From assembly GCA_964016885.1 (NCBI GenBank), contig OZ024752.1:32674001-32738000 (forward strand): a DNA stretch of 64,000 nucleotides, read 5' to 3'. The stretch comes from Eledone cirrhosa. Lineage: Eukaryota. Below the pieces are notes generated by a model. That model was not told where the DNA came from and ran no database searches. It saw nothing but the letters and a program-made list of their open reading frames with translations. This document shows, piece after piece, positions 13,601 through 28,900 of the stretch. The position numbers and the translations under genes are program-made. Position 1 is the stretch's first letter. Each line of letters opens with the position of its first letter.

Positions 13601-14634
13601 TAAAAGGCATGGGGTGGCTGTTACAGCGGGTGTCTCTGACCATACTCCGTTGTAACATTTTTGCCGTTTTGTCCACAGAGCGCAACTGAGGTATCTCTCT
13701 GACTGGGGTGTATCCTTCCCTCTCCCTTTATTTCGTTGCTTGATCCTTTTTTTCATTTTCGTTCTTTTCTATTCCCTTCAATGATGTGTTTTGTTTTTCT
13801 TAGATACTGTTCAATATGTTTCTGTACTTAACATTAATAAATAGATTACGTCAATAAAATATAATTACGGAGACCTTGAACTGTATAATGTCGTCGAGTG
13901 CATTAATAACACACAAACAAAGAGCAAATAAAGGAAACAAATATAATAGTTTATGATTTAGGCACAAGGCCAGCAATTTGAAGGGAAGGGGAAAGTCGAT
14001 TAAATCAACACCAGTGCGTGACTGATACTTTATGTTATCGATCCTGTAAGGATGAAAGGCAAAAGTAACCTCAGCGGGGTTTGAACTCTATGTTGCGAGG
14101 CATGGTGTCCGATGCTCTACCGATACTGCTAATCTACCGGCCTAAAAGAAACAAATATAATAAAATGGTCACAGTTGAAGGTCTTTGATCAAAAGTCTTA
14201 ACTATGGACTGACCTAGGGTTAAACAACAAGAACAAATACCAAGGGTGGTGGATTGGCAGTATCGGTAGAGCATCAGAAACCATGCTTTGCAGCATAGAG
14301 TTATGACCCTTTACGTTCTGAGTTCAAATCCCGCCGAGTTTAACTTTGCCTTTCATCCTTACGAGGTCAATAAAATAAAGTACCAGTCACGCACTGGTGT
14401 CGATTTAATTTTCAGTCGGATTTCTTCAAAATGAAAAAAGTATTCTATTTATATTTATTTATTTAGTTATTTATCAACTATTCAAAACGGTGTTGAAATA
14501 AAGGTTTAGTCTGCAATAAAATGTTTGGTTAGTTCCAGGTAATCCTGTTTGAGAGCTCTTAAGTTCTGATGAATCAAGGTTTTCAAGATTTCGTCACCAT
14601 TACGTATTTCTCCTCCTCACAACATTAGCCAATG

Positions 14635-15440
14635 TATCCTGTTTTTATTTTATTTTAAGATAGTAAGGTGTAATTTAAGAGAGATTTGGCTGCTATTTCT
14701 TGCAGGTCTAGCAACTAAAGGGGGTCCCCTTCCTTAGATCATGTCAGCAGTGATGTGTCATTGATAGTGCATCTACTATTATATTATCTAATGTGTCCTT
14801 TTTTTTATTTAAGATAGTAAGTTGTAATCTAAAAGAGATGTGGCTGCTATATCTAGCAGGTGGAGCGACTACGAAAGAGGGTCTCCTTCGTTAGATCTTA
14901 TTAGTGTATCTAGGAGTACATTATTCAATGTCCTTCTTTTATTTAAGATAGTAAAGTGTAATTAAAGAGAGATTTGGCTGCTATTTCTTGCAGATCTAGT
15001 GACTGCAGAGGAGGGTCTCCTTCGTTAGATCTTATTAGTGTATCTAGGATTACATTATTCAATGTCCTTCTTTTATTTAAGATAGTCAAGTGTAATTAAA
15101 GAGAGATTTGGCTGCTATTTCTTGCAGATCTAGTGACTGCATAGGAGGGTCTCCTTCGTTAGATCTTATTAGTGTATCTAGGATTACATTATTCAATGTC
15201 CTTCTTTTATTTAAGATAGTCAAGTGTAATTAAAGAGAGATTTGGCTGCTATTTCTTGCAGATCCAGCGGCTGCAGGAGAGATATCTTGTCAGCAGTGAT
15301 GCTGTCATTGATAATGTATCTAGGATTACATTATTTAATGTGTCCTTTTATTTAAGATAGTAAAGTGTAATTAAAGAGAGATTTGGCTGCTATTTCTTGC
15401 AGATCTAGTAACTGCAGAGGAGGGGCTCCTACGTTAGATC
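14635..15440. repeat. Approximately 135-bp tandem repeat, about 6 copies
   Basis: TTTAAGATAGTAAAGTGTAATTAAAGAGAGATTTGGCTGCTATTTCTTGCAG recurs. Confidence 0.85.
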
Positions 15441-16063
15441 ATATTAGCAGCAGTGATGTTGTCATCGATAGATTAAATCGACGTAACCAATGACTAAAGA
15501 TGTTCTAAACACAATTATTCAACATTTTATCCAGATTCTTTTTTATATTTAAGATTATATCATCCACTGTTACCATTAAAAAAGGGACAGTATGGAGTAT
15601 GGAATAATTTAAGGGTAAATCAGATATTATTTAATACTTAATTCAGATATTAATAATATCAAATAATATTATTGTTTCTACTTTTGGCACAAGGCCAGCA
15701 CATACCCAGTGCATTACTGGTACTTTATTTTATCGTATGTGAAATAAAAGCACCTTTGTTAATCGTTGTCTGTAGTAAAAATTATCTAGTTTGGTCCCAG
15801 TTCAGTCCTAAACAAGCAAACCAGTCATTAAAACCCTTCCAATCGTGCGTGAGCCCTCTATTTTCTTCCCCAGACTAAATTATATCTTATGTCCTTTCTT
15901 TTTTAAGAAGATAAAATGTGATTTGAGGGAGATGTGACTGCTATTTTTAGCAGGTCAAGCGACCGTGGTTCTTGTCTGCAGTAAAGTTGTATAAACAGAC
16001 GTAATCAAAAACGATTCGGCCACGACCATCCCATCGTTTGTATAGCTAAGACTGCATTATATA

Positions 16064-16245
16064 CGAGGGTGAGCTGAAAAGTTCATAGTCTGACTATGAA
16101 GGAGTGATGCTAGGGTGCGAAATCTTACATACATTAATTTCAACTCTTCTTATTAATAACTGCATTGTTTCATTCCAAAATAAACCTCATTTAGTCATTT
16201 CATGAGAGTATCTTGGTCAGACTATGAACTTTCAACTGACCCTCG
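16064..16245. mobile_element. Tc1/mariner-type MITE
   Basis: TA-CGAGGGTGAGCTGAAAAGTTCATAGTCTGAC ... GTCAGACTATGAACTTTCAACTGACCCTCG terminal inverted repeats. Confidence 0.75.
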
Positions 16246-16391
16246 CCTATTGATTCATATATGGATCGAATTGTGATTTTGTCCTCTAAAATAGTAAACA
16301 TGTGAAGACTAAAGTCGGAAGAGGGCTCGATAAGGGTGAAAGCAGCGATTCTTTGCTTAAACTTTAATCTGTGAGTGGTTACAGAATTGGA

Positions 16392-16811
<420 letters not shown>

Positions 16812-17092
16812 TTTAAGAGAATGGGGTGTTACTTGAGGAATATTTGACTGCTATTTCTAGTAGGCCTAGTGGTCATATAGATGTATTCTTCTGCTCTGAT
16901 TCCGAAGGTGTTGCATCTATAACCTACTCTCCATACATTGGTAACACCTTATAACTTCCAAGAGTTTCTTTGAAACTTTTTTTTATTATTATTATCAAGG
17001 TCACACAACATTAGCGTAAATACTACTGCCATCTCTTAATAATAACTATTGCATTTGCATCCAGTTTGGAGGCGAGGGGGTTGTATGCAAAC

Positions 17093-17700
17093 TTAGGAAC
17101 TATGATCAATTATTTTTGCTTTTATAATAATTTCCTTTTAAGATCTTAAAAATAACCTATTTATTTATTTAATATTATTAACCCGCCGAGGTTAACTTTG
17201 CCTTTCATCCTTACGGGTTCGATAAAATAAAGTACCAGTAATGCACTGAGTAATTGCTGGCCTTGTGCCAAAAGTAGAAACTATTATTATTATTATTATT
17301 AGGAACTATGATCAATTATTTTTGCTTTTATAATAATTTCCTTTTAAGATCTTAAAAATAACCTATTTATTTATTTAATATTATTAACTCGCCGAGGTTA
17401 ACTTTGCCTTTCATCCTTACAGGGTCGATAAAATAAAGTACCAGTAATATACTGTAATAATTGCTGGCCTTGTGCCAAAAGTAGAAACAATTATTATTAT
17501 TAGGAACTATGATCAATTATTTTTGCTTTTATAATAATTTCCTTTTAAGATCTTAAAAATAACCTATTTATTTATTTAATATTATTAACCCGCCGAGGTT
17601 GACTTTGCCTTTCATCCTTACAGGGTCGATAAAATAAAGTACCAGTAATATACTGAAATAATTGCTGGCCTTGTGCCAAAAGTAGAAACTATTATTACTA
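17093..17700. repeat. Tandem triplication of an approximately 200-bp unit containing a SINE 3' half
   Basis: TTAGGAACTATGATCAATTATTTTTGC...SINE fragment repeated three times. Confidence 0.85.
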
Positions 17701-18040
17701 TTATTATTCTGCATGGTGGTGCAGCAAAGTTATTTTGTAAAACCTGACACCTCAGCTACTTGTTGTTTAAGCTTCCAAATCAGCCTTGAAGGCTTGTAAA
17801 CCTATTTGTTATTAATCATCGTTGTTTTACACATATACATCATATCTTTTATTTCAGATATGTATATAAATATATACATACACACATATATAAATAAATA
17901 TATATAGATAATGCGATGCAAAATATATATATATATATATATATTAGATTGCATTATCTAACTTTGTTGTACTTCCTTTATTTGTTAGGCGATATTAAGG
18001 TTGTGATTTAAGTTTAAATTTACGTTAAATTTGAATATGA

Positions 18041-18351
18041 ATTGGTTGGCATTTAGCTTCTCTTTCTAGCAAAGCTGCCCTGTCTGGTTGGCTGGCCGTC
18101 CTTCCTCCTCCCTCTCTTTCCTCCCACCATTACTTTATAACATTAGTCAACCAATCAGCTGTTATTAAACTATAACATCACCTCATACTAAATTTCCTTC
18201 CCCCTCTCTTCTTTACTTCTCTCACCTCTCACTACTCCCTCATCCTCCTACTTTAACTACTCCGCACATAATGGTAGAAAAAAAAAAGTTTTTTTTATTA
18301 TTACTTTTTTTTTAGTTTTATTAGTTTTATTTTCTTGATTTATTTCCCGCC
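18041..18351 (+). promoter_or_regulatory. Putative RBL promoter with CCAAT boxes and an E2F site
   Basis: ATTGG 18041-18045, CCAAT 18151-18155 and TTTCCCGC 18343-18350 in repeat-free sequence about 1 kb upstream of the ATG. TSS not determined. Confidence 0.45.
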
Positions 18352-19331
18352 ACTCTCAACAACTTAACAAGGTTCTAATGTTGTCTGTCAACGTAACAAC
18401 TTATAAAAAAAACTGACCTGGATATAATTGTATATACTTTCTATTATTGCTTCCACTTCCTTTCTTTTACATTCCATCGTCATTTATAATCGGAGTTACC
18501 TTCTGGATGTATGTTTTTGTGAGTTTAAGAAGAAACCATCACCAATGTCTTTACCGATGTCATCGGAAAAACCTGACTGAACTTATGGTTGTTGAGAAAA
18601 AGAAGAAAAAGGAAAAAGATAAAATTTTCATTGATGCTGCTTCGGTAAAAATCTAAACCTCGGCTAGGCTAGGCCGATATAGTAAGCGTTTATTAATGAT
18701 TATATATTTTTAAAAGTATGTATGTATGGGTTGACAGTAATGTAGTAATGGAATCATGCGAGGTCTCGTCAGTTTAAAACTTATATTTCCAAATTATTCG
18801 CCTGTTGTTGTCAACGTTGCCTCCCCTACATTGCCATATCCCCTTCGCCTCCCTCATACTATAAAGCTCACACCACCATCACCACCACCACCACTACTAC
18901 TACGACAGAGGTGACTCCTGCAACCGCCACTCTCATCAGTTTCACTCCTACCACCTTACTACATGTCTACTCTTACTACTCCTGCTACTCTCTCATCGAA
19001 GGTGAGGCAAGTCTGGAGATAATCTCTTAGCTTCACAATTTACTATTACTACGAGAGAGAGAGAGGTAGAGAGACAGGAAGTGTGAGAGACAGACAGACA
19101 GATAGGTAGAGAGAGTGAGTGTGTGTATGAGAGACAAACAGACAGACAGACAGAGAGGTAAAGTGTTGAGAGAGAAAGAGAGACAGACAGACAGAGAGAC
19201 GAACAGACAGACATACCGGTAATCAGCAAAGCACCAAGTTTTGCCAGGAGACCGTACTAGTACTACTACTACTATTACTATTAGTGTAGTCAGTGCTCCA
19301 CTAGTAAACTAAACCTTCTTAAAAAACAAAA

Positions 19332-19463
19332 ATGGGTCTGTCCGGAGATGAAGATGTGGAGCAAAGATTCTCTAATTTGTGTCGAGATCTTAACATGGAC
19401 AAAAACAGCCAAGAGGAGGCGTGGGATTCTTATCTAAGGATCCGGACCTACTATGTACTAGAG
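19332..19463 (+). CDS. RBL1: RBL coding exon 1 ([13 protein letters not shown]...RTYYVLE)
   Basis: ATG in an AAAATGG context; [14 protein letters not shown] resembles the p107/p130 N-terminus; donor GAG|gtaagc, phase 0. Confidence 0.9.
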
Positions 19464-19747
19464 GTAAGCAAGATTTTTATTTAATTCTTCTTTGCTCTCG
19501 AATATTATCAAGATCGGGTTTAAATGTCTTTATATATATACACACAGATACGAGGGTGGGCTGAAAAAGTTCATCGGCTGACCAAGATGCTCTCATGAAA
19601 TGACCAAATGAGGTTTATTTTTCAACATTGTCCCTGGAAAGAAACAATGCAGTTTATTAAGAAGAGATGAAATTAATGCATGCAAGATCTCACAGCTCTG
19701 GCATCAAATCCTTCATTGACAGCCTATGATCTTTTCAACCTACCCTC

Positions 19748-19790
<43 letters not shown>

Positions 19791-19871
19791 GTGACTTCGG
19801 TCCCATCACGGCTTTATCGAAAGTTGTCACATGCTTGGCAACTAAAATAAACTCTTAAAAAAGTAACCCCT

Positions 19872-19931
<60 letters not shown>

Positions 19932-20583
19932 TATATATACACTATGACATTACAAACACAAATCTACTCGTAACCGGCTTCGCTAAATAATACTTTAGTT
20001 TTTGCTGCAACCAATTGCTGATTGAAAATATAACTTTTAATAATTTGACGATCTACCTATATATATATATATATTTATTTCGTTTTTTTTTTAAATTTAT
20101 ACTCTGAAGAACTTGCTATAAGTGTTAAAATATAATTAGAAAATAATAATAATTTCTTAAGTTTTAATTATTTCCGAGTTTATTTGTTAACAACTGCATC
20201 CAATTATACAATCGCTAATTAAATTGTAAATTTTATTAAATTAGTCGGTGATGTCTTTCCTGCGTAATAAATAAGATGAACATTTTTTAAATAAATCTAT
20301 CTGGGGTTTTTTCACACCTATTTATGGTCTTATTATGAAGTTTGTATATGAAAAGGAATAGAATACAGTTATGGAAATACAATTATAATATCTCAGATAA
20401 AAGCAAGTGAGGATTAGGGAAGTAAAAATGAAATACAAACTGTTTGTAATAATAGTTAAAATATTTAGCATCCACCACTTGCAGCTATTATTAACACATA
20501 CTTGCACCTTTGTGAATTTGTTTTTGCATTATATGTGTATGTATGTATACATATATATATATTATATATAATCTGTATGTATG

Positions 20584-20624
<41 letters not shown>

Positions 20625-20630
20625 TCCATA

Positions 20631-20682
<52 letters not shown>

Positions 20683-20688
20683 TCCATA

Positions 20689-20746
<58 letters not shown>

Positions 20747-20752
20747 TCCATA

Positions 20753-20810
<58 letters not shown>

Positions 20811-21194
20811 TCCATATGCATATATATGTATATAAATATATACATCGATATACAACCATATGCATATATATGTATATAAATATATACATCGATATGCATA
20901 TATATATGTATATATATACAACCATATGCATATATATCTGTATATATATACAACCATATGCATATATATCTGTATATATATACAACCATATGCATATATA
21001 TCTATATATATACAACCATATGCATATATGTCTATATGTATGTATATATATATATATAGATATACATCTATATGTATGTATATACATCTACATGCATATA
21101 TGTATGTATGTACATCTGTGTGTATATATATATATAGATATACATCTATATGTATGTATATACATCTACATGCATATATGTATGTATATACACC

Positions 21195-21235
<41 letters not shown>

Positions 21236-21268
21236 CTACATGCATATATGTATGTATATACATCTGTA

Positions 21269-21303
<35 letters not shown>

Positions 21304-22846
21304 GCAGCCATATTTGTAAATTTCATACCCCTCTCCCTTTTTAAAAAATATTTCCAAGCATCTGTTTTGGTTTTGGCATGATTCACTGTACTGAATCACC
21401 GAATTATCGAATTTATTCAATAGAAAATATACTTTAAAGTCATGATGGGTGCATTCTGTGAAATCACTGGAGATAATAAATAGACCGATCAATTACTAAT
21501 AATTGTTTCTACTTTTGGCAGAAGGCCATCAATACATCAGTACATTACTGGTACTTTATTTTATCGACCCCGTAAAGATGAAAGGCAAAGTTTCGGCGAT
21601 CAATTACTAATAATGATTACCAATACCTTTTGTGTGCGTGTGTATATATATATATATATATAATGTATGTTTATATATGTATGTATGTATGTATATATGT
21701 TTATATGTTTGTATATATATATGTGTGTGTGTGTGTATATATACATGTTTATATATATGTATATATACATGTTTATATATATGTATATATATACATGTTT
21801 ATATATATGTATATATATATATGTGTATATGTATATATTGGAGGAAGTAAAGATGATAGCCAAACAATTTAGTTTCCTTTATAAATCCAAATTCAATAAT
21901 TTATTAATTTTAACGGGGTCAGATCTAATGCATATGTAGGATGTGTTTAATTTAAAATATCTATATCTCTCTCTCTCTATATATATATATAATATGTGTG
22001 TGTGTAGAACATTTAATAATTAATGAATAATTAATGAATACTTCTCACAGAATGAAAATATAAACACATATATAATCAATACAATTAATTATTGCTAGTA
22101 TATGTGTATGCGGCTTCTGATTGATTTGGATCTGGTTTGATAAAAGATCGAATCGCGTTTTTAAATGTCGTTTTGAGGTATATATATATATATGTATGTA
22201 TAGCTTCAAATTTAGTTGGATCTATGTAAGTGTGTGTCTGTAATGTCAATTTGCACACAACTGCCATTTTGAGTTCAAATCCCGCCGAGGTTAACTTTGC
22301 CTTTCATCCTTACGGGGGTCGATTAAATAAAGTACCAGTAATACACTGGGGTAATTGTTAGCTTTGTGCCAAAAGTAGAAACAATTATTTATACTTGCGT
22401 CGCTGTGCCGCCGTCGATCATTTACAAAGAGGAAACGTAACTTTAAAAGCGAGAAGTAAATATAATAAAACTCAGCTGTGATGTGTCATGCCCTAAGATT
22501 GGACACTCAGGTTTAAAACAACACTAAACTCTAAATATAGTTTTGTTCACTAACCCCTATATATTTCTCTTTAATAAACTTTAATATATATATATATATA
22601 TATAATATGTTGTAGTGCACCTGTACACAATAATTTCATTATTATTATTAATATATATAGATAAGTTTATCCCGAGTTCAATCGGGGGTAACCACAGTGA
22701 GTAAGGTACTCAATACATAGCAGAGTATAAATATTTAATATAGAAATGGCTTCAACAGGAATAGAACTGTTTCATTCGGGAGAAACCACCGAGAAGCCCT
22801 GATGATTTCTCCCGAATCAAACAGTTCTAGTCCCGTAGAAGCCATT

Positions 22847-22905
<59 letters not shown>

Positions 22906-25900
22906 TTGTGTTGCAATGTCGAGTGTATGTATGTTTGTATGTATATACGAAATGTATTTTGTCTAATTTAATTGAAGTTGATATACGAAGTTCTTCTAAG
23001 AGACAGAAAAAATTAAGCCCTATTTTAATATAGAAGATCAATTAAAACCCCAGTAATTTATATATATTTCATTAGGGTCTGCGTAATTACTACTAATTCC
23101 TTTCAATATCACAGGGAACAAACAATACGAAGGAATCCCTACAATGGGGTTTACTTTCTCGACATATTCATTGTTTAAATAATTAAGGTTTTCTTATAAA
23201 ACATAATGAGGTCCCCGAAAATGATAAAACTACAATTTTTAAAATATGTTTGTTTCACTGTTATTAACTATGCTTATATTTATTATATCTATTCTATTCC
23301 TAAACGAAATATTCGAAATACTACGATTTATTTATAAATGGGTTAGTATTGAATATGATATGTCCTTTCTAAATAGTAAAGACGCATAAATTGACTTCCT
23401 TCTTTCGTTTTGATGTTTATATATATATAATAGGTTACACTATCGAAAGAAGAGATATTAGCATCTAAAATCACAATGCATGGCGATGTGATATTATTAT
23501 ACCCTCTCAGGGTTTGTAATTAAGGACTTTGCTATATTAATATTTGCTTCCGACGAGAGGCCCTGTGCGAAACACGTGTAAGAGCTATATAAAGATATGT
23601 TTTAACGGCTTGTAACTCTTTCATTCACTTATTCCTTTGCTATTATATATATATGAATGTTTTCTTCTCTAAATTCTTGCATATAAGGAATATTTTCTAT
23701 TTAACAGTGTTTTAATTTCATATTAACAATAAGCAACATAAACGACAATAAATAAATATTAAAAACACACAGAAGTGTCACCTACATATGACCTAGGTAC
23801 ATTGCATCAGACATGGAGGTACTACACAAAATCTAGGTATATTACATCAGACAGGGAGGTACTACACCTAATCTAGGTACATTGCATCAGACATGGAGAT
23901 ACTACACCTGATCTAGGTACCTTGCATCAGACATGGAGGTACTACACCTGATCTAGGTACCTTACATCAGACAGGGAGGTACTACACCTGATCTAAGTAC
24001 CTTACGTCAGACATGGAGGTACTACACCTGGTCTAGTTACCTTACATCAGACAGGGTGGTACTACACAAGTTCTAGGTACCTTACATCAGACGGTGGTAC
24101 TACACAAGATCTAGTTACCTTACATCAGACAGGGAGGTACTACACCTGATTTAGGTATATTACATCAGACATAGAGGTACTACACAAGATCTAGGTACAT
24201 TGCATCAGACAGGGAGGTACTACACAAGATCTAGGTACATTACATCAGACAGGGAGGTACTACACCTGACCTAGGTACCTTACATCAGACAGGGAGGTAC
24301 TACACCTGATCTAAGTACCTTACGTCAGACATGGAGGTACTACACCTGATCTAGTTACCTTACATCAGACAGGGTGGTACTACACCTGATCTAGTTACCT
24401 TACATCAGACAGGGTGGTACTACACAAGATCTAGGTACCTTACATCAGACAGGGAGGTATTACACCTGATCTAGGTACCTTACATCAGACAGGGAGGTAC
24501 TACACCTGATCTAGGTACCTTACATCAGACGGTGGTACTACACAAGATCTAGGTACCTTACGTCAGACATGGTACTACACCTGATATAGGTACTTTACAT
24601 CAGACAGGGAGGTACTACACCTAATCTAGGTACCTTACATCAGACATGGATGTACTACACCTGATCTAGGTACCTTACATCAGACATGGATGTACTACAC
24701 CTGATCTAGGTACCTTACATCAGACAGGGAGGTATTACACCTGATCTAGGTACCTTACATCAGACAAGGAGGTACTACACCTGATCTAGGTACCTTACAT
24801 CAGACAGGGAGGTATTACGCCTAATCTAGGTACCTTACATCAGACAAGGAGGTACTACACCTGATCTAGGTACCTTACATCAGACATGGATGTACTACAC
24901 CTGATCTAGGTACCTTACATCAGACATGGATGTACTACACCTGATCTAGGTACCTTACATCAGACAGGGAGGTATTACACCTAATCTAGGTACCTTACAT
25001 CAGACAAGGAGGTACTACACCTGATCTAGGTACCTTACATCAGACATGGATGTACTACACCTGATCTAGGTACCTTACATCAGACATGGAAGGTCTACAT
25101 AGGATCTAGGTACCTTACATCAGACATGGAGGTACTACACCTGATCTAGGTACCTTACATCAGACATGGAAGGTCTACATAGGATCTAGGTACCTTACAT
25201 CAGACATGGAGGTACTGCACCTGACCTAGGTACCTTACATCAGACATGGAGATAGTACACAAGATCTAGTTACCTTACATCAGACATGGAGGTACTACAC
25301 CTGATCTAGGTACCTTACATCAGACATGGAAGGTCTACATAGGATCTAGGTACTTTACATCAGACAGGGAGGTACTACACCTAATCTAGGTACCTTACAT
25401 CAGACAAGGAGATACTACACCTGATCTAGGTACCTTACATCAGACATGGATGTACTACACCTGATCTAGGTACCTTACATCAGACATGGAAGGTCTACAT
25501 AGGATCTAGGTACCTTACATCAGACATGGAAGGTCTACATAGGATCTAGGTACCTTACATCAGACAGGGAGGTACTACACCTGATCTAGGTACCTTACAT
25601 TAGACATGGAGGTACTACACCTGATCTAGGTACCTTACGTCAGACAGGGAGGTACTACACCTGATCTAGGTACCTTACGTCAGACAGGGAGGTATTACAC
25701 CTGATCTAGGTACCTTACATCAGACATGGAAGGTCTACATAGGATCTAGGTACCTTACATCAGACAGGGAGGTACTACACCTGATCTAGGTACCTTACAT
25801 CAGACATGGAAGGTCTACATAGGATCTAGGTACCTTACATCAGACAGGGAGGTACTACACCTGATCTAGGTACCTTACATCAGACAGGGTGGTACTACAC

Positions 25901-28900
25901 CTGATCTAGGTACCTTACATCAGACAGGGTGGTACTACACAAGATCTAGTTACCTTACATCAGACAGGGAGGTACTACACCTGATCTAGGTACCTTACAT
26001 TAGACAGGGAGGTATTACACTTAATCTAGGTACCTTACATCAGACAGGGAGGTACTACACCTGATCTAGGTACCTTACATCAGACAGGGAGGTACTACAC
26101 CTAATCTAGTTACCTTACATCAGACAGGGAGGTACTACACCTGATCTAGGTACCTTACATCAGACAGGGAGGTATTACACCTGATCTAGGTACCTTACAT
26201 CAGACATGGAGGTACTACACCTGATCTAGGTACCTTACATTAGACAGGGAGGTATTACACTTAATCTAGGTACCTTACATCAGACATGGAAGGTCTACAT
26301 AGGATCTAGGTACCTTACATCAGACAGGGAGGTACTACACCTGATCTAGGTACCTTACATCAGACATGGAAGGTCTACATAGGATCTAGGTACCTTACAT
26401 CAGACATGGAAGGTCTACATAGGATCTAGGTACCTTACATCAGACAGGGAGGTACTACACCTGATCTAGGTACCTTACGTCAGACAGGGAGGTATTACAC
26501 CTGATCTAGGTACCTTACATCAGACAGGGAGGTACTACACCTGATCTAGGTACCTTACGTCAGACAGGGAGGTATTACACCTGATCTAGGTACCTTACAT
26601 CAGACATGGAAGGTCTACATAGGATCTAGGTACCTTACATCAGACAGGGAGGTACTACACCTGATCTAGGTACCTTACATTAGACATGGAAGGTCTACAT
26701 AGGATCTAGGTACCTTACATCAGACAGGGAGGTACTACACCTGATCTAGGTACCTTACATCAGACAGGGTGGTACTACACAAGATCTAGTTACCTTACAT
26801 CAGACAGGGAGGTATTACACCTGATCTAGGTACCTTACATCAGACAGGGTGGTACTACACCTGATCTAGGTACCTTACATCAGACATGAAAGGTCTACAT
26901 AGGATCTAGGTACCTTACATCAGACTGGGAGGTACTACACCTGATCTAGGTACCTTACATCAGACATGGAAGGTCTACATAGGATCTAGGTACCTTACAT
27001 CAGACAGGGAGGTACTACACCTGATCTAGGTACCTTACATCAGACATGGAAGGTCTACATAGGATCTAGGTACCTTACATCAGACAGGGAGGTACTACAC
27101 CTGATCTAGGTACCTTACATCAGACATGGAAGGTCTACACAAGATCTAGTTACCTTACGTCAGACAGGGAGGTATTACACCTGATCTAGGTACCTTACAT
27201 CAGACAGGGTGGTACTACACCTGATCTAGGTACCTTACATCAGACATGAAAGGTCTACATAGGATCTAGGTACCTTACATCAGACTGGGAGGTACTACAC
27301 CTGATCTAGGTACCTTACATCAGACATGGAAGGTCTACATAGGATCTAGGTACCTTACATCAGACATGGAGGTACTACACCTGATCTAGGTACCTTACAT
27401 CAGACATGGAAGGTCTACATAGGATCTAGGTACCTTACATCAGACATGGAGTTACTACACCTGATCTAGGTACCTTACATCAGACATGGAAGGTCTACAT
27501 AGGATCTAGGTACCTTACATCAGACAGGGAGGTATTACACCTGATCTAGGTACCTTACATCAGACATGGAGGTACTACACCTGATCTAGGTACCTTACGT
27601 CAGACAGGGAGGTACTACACCTGATCTAGGTACCTTACGTCAGACAGGGTGGTACTACACCTGATCTAGGTACCTTACATCAGACAGGGAGGTACTACAC
27701 CTGATTTAGGTACCTTACATCAGACAGGGAGGTACTACACCTGATCTAGGTACCTTACATCAGACAGGGTGGTACTACACAAGATCTAGGTACCTTACAT
27801 CAGACATGGAGTTACTACACCTGGTAAATGTTTAATCCACAACCTGCTGGGTTACTATAAAAGAACCAGACATGACAAACAATACAAAAGAAGCAATGTC
27901 AAAAGTTATTCTAAAACCATAAAAATGTGACTGAAATTTAAAATAAATTCATCTTTCCCTTAAATCTAAGTGACCTTCCTCTTAAAATATACCATTAAAT
28001 GTTTAACCCTTTAGCATTACTCTATATAAACTATTGTATTTTCATGGTAAAGGCTTTACCTCACATAATTATCTCACATAATATCGAATCTATGAGATTT
28101 TGAAAGTATTTATTTTGAGAACAATACCTTAACATCAGTATGAGTGGCCAGTTACAGCCAGTTTCAACAGAAAGAGGTAGAGAATTCTGGCCGGTTTGAA
28201 CATTAAAGGGTTAAAGAAAACAAAATCTTAAAATATGTTAACTCTTTGGCATTTAAACCGGCTGTATTCGGCAAAATTCTCTCACCTCTTTCTGTTCAAA
28301 CTGGTCATAACCAGCCACTCGTACTGATGTTAAGGTATTGTTCTCAACATAATTAATATTAAAAGCCTTTGTTATTTATATATATGTTTACATGTATGTA
28401 TAATATCTGTATATATGTTTACATGTATATATAATATCTGTATATATGTTTATATGTATGTTATCTGTATAATATCTGTATGTATGTTTACATGTATATA
28501 TAATGTCTGTATATGTTTTTACATATATATATAACGTTGATATGTATAGTATTTGTATGTATAATATCTGTATGTATATTTATATTTTAGGGAGAGCCGT
28601 TACATTGGCTGGCATGTGCTGCATATGTGGCTTGTAGACGGAGTGTGGTTCCAACAGTTGGACAAGGAACCATGGAGGGGAATTGTGTTTCTCTCACTCG
28701 GCTTCTTTCCACAGCTGACTTTAGGTAAGGAGCAATTTTTCACAAGTATACACCATCATCCACCCTGTAAAGTGGTCGATTTAGTGACCTGACAAATTGC
28801 GCCCAGACCACCCTGTAAAGTTGTCGATTTGGTGACCTGACAAATAAATAGCACCCAGACCACCCTGTAAAGTGGTCGATTTGGTGACCTGACAAATAGC

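Noticed and set aside
20098-20150. CTGAAGA-ACTT...AAGT hammerhead-like string
   Set aside because: GAAA is absent and stem I is weak.
23780-27823. CRISPR-like regular array (also 11787-13600 and 43218-45775)
   Set aside because: No unique spacers, only a few recurring variants; eukaryotic context; no cas genes.
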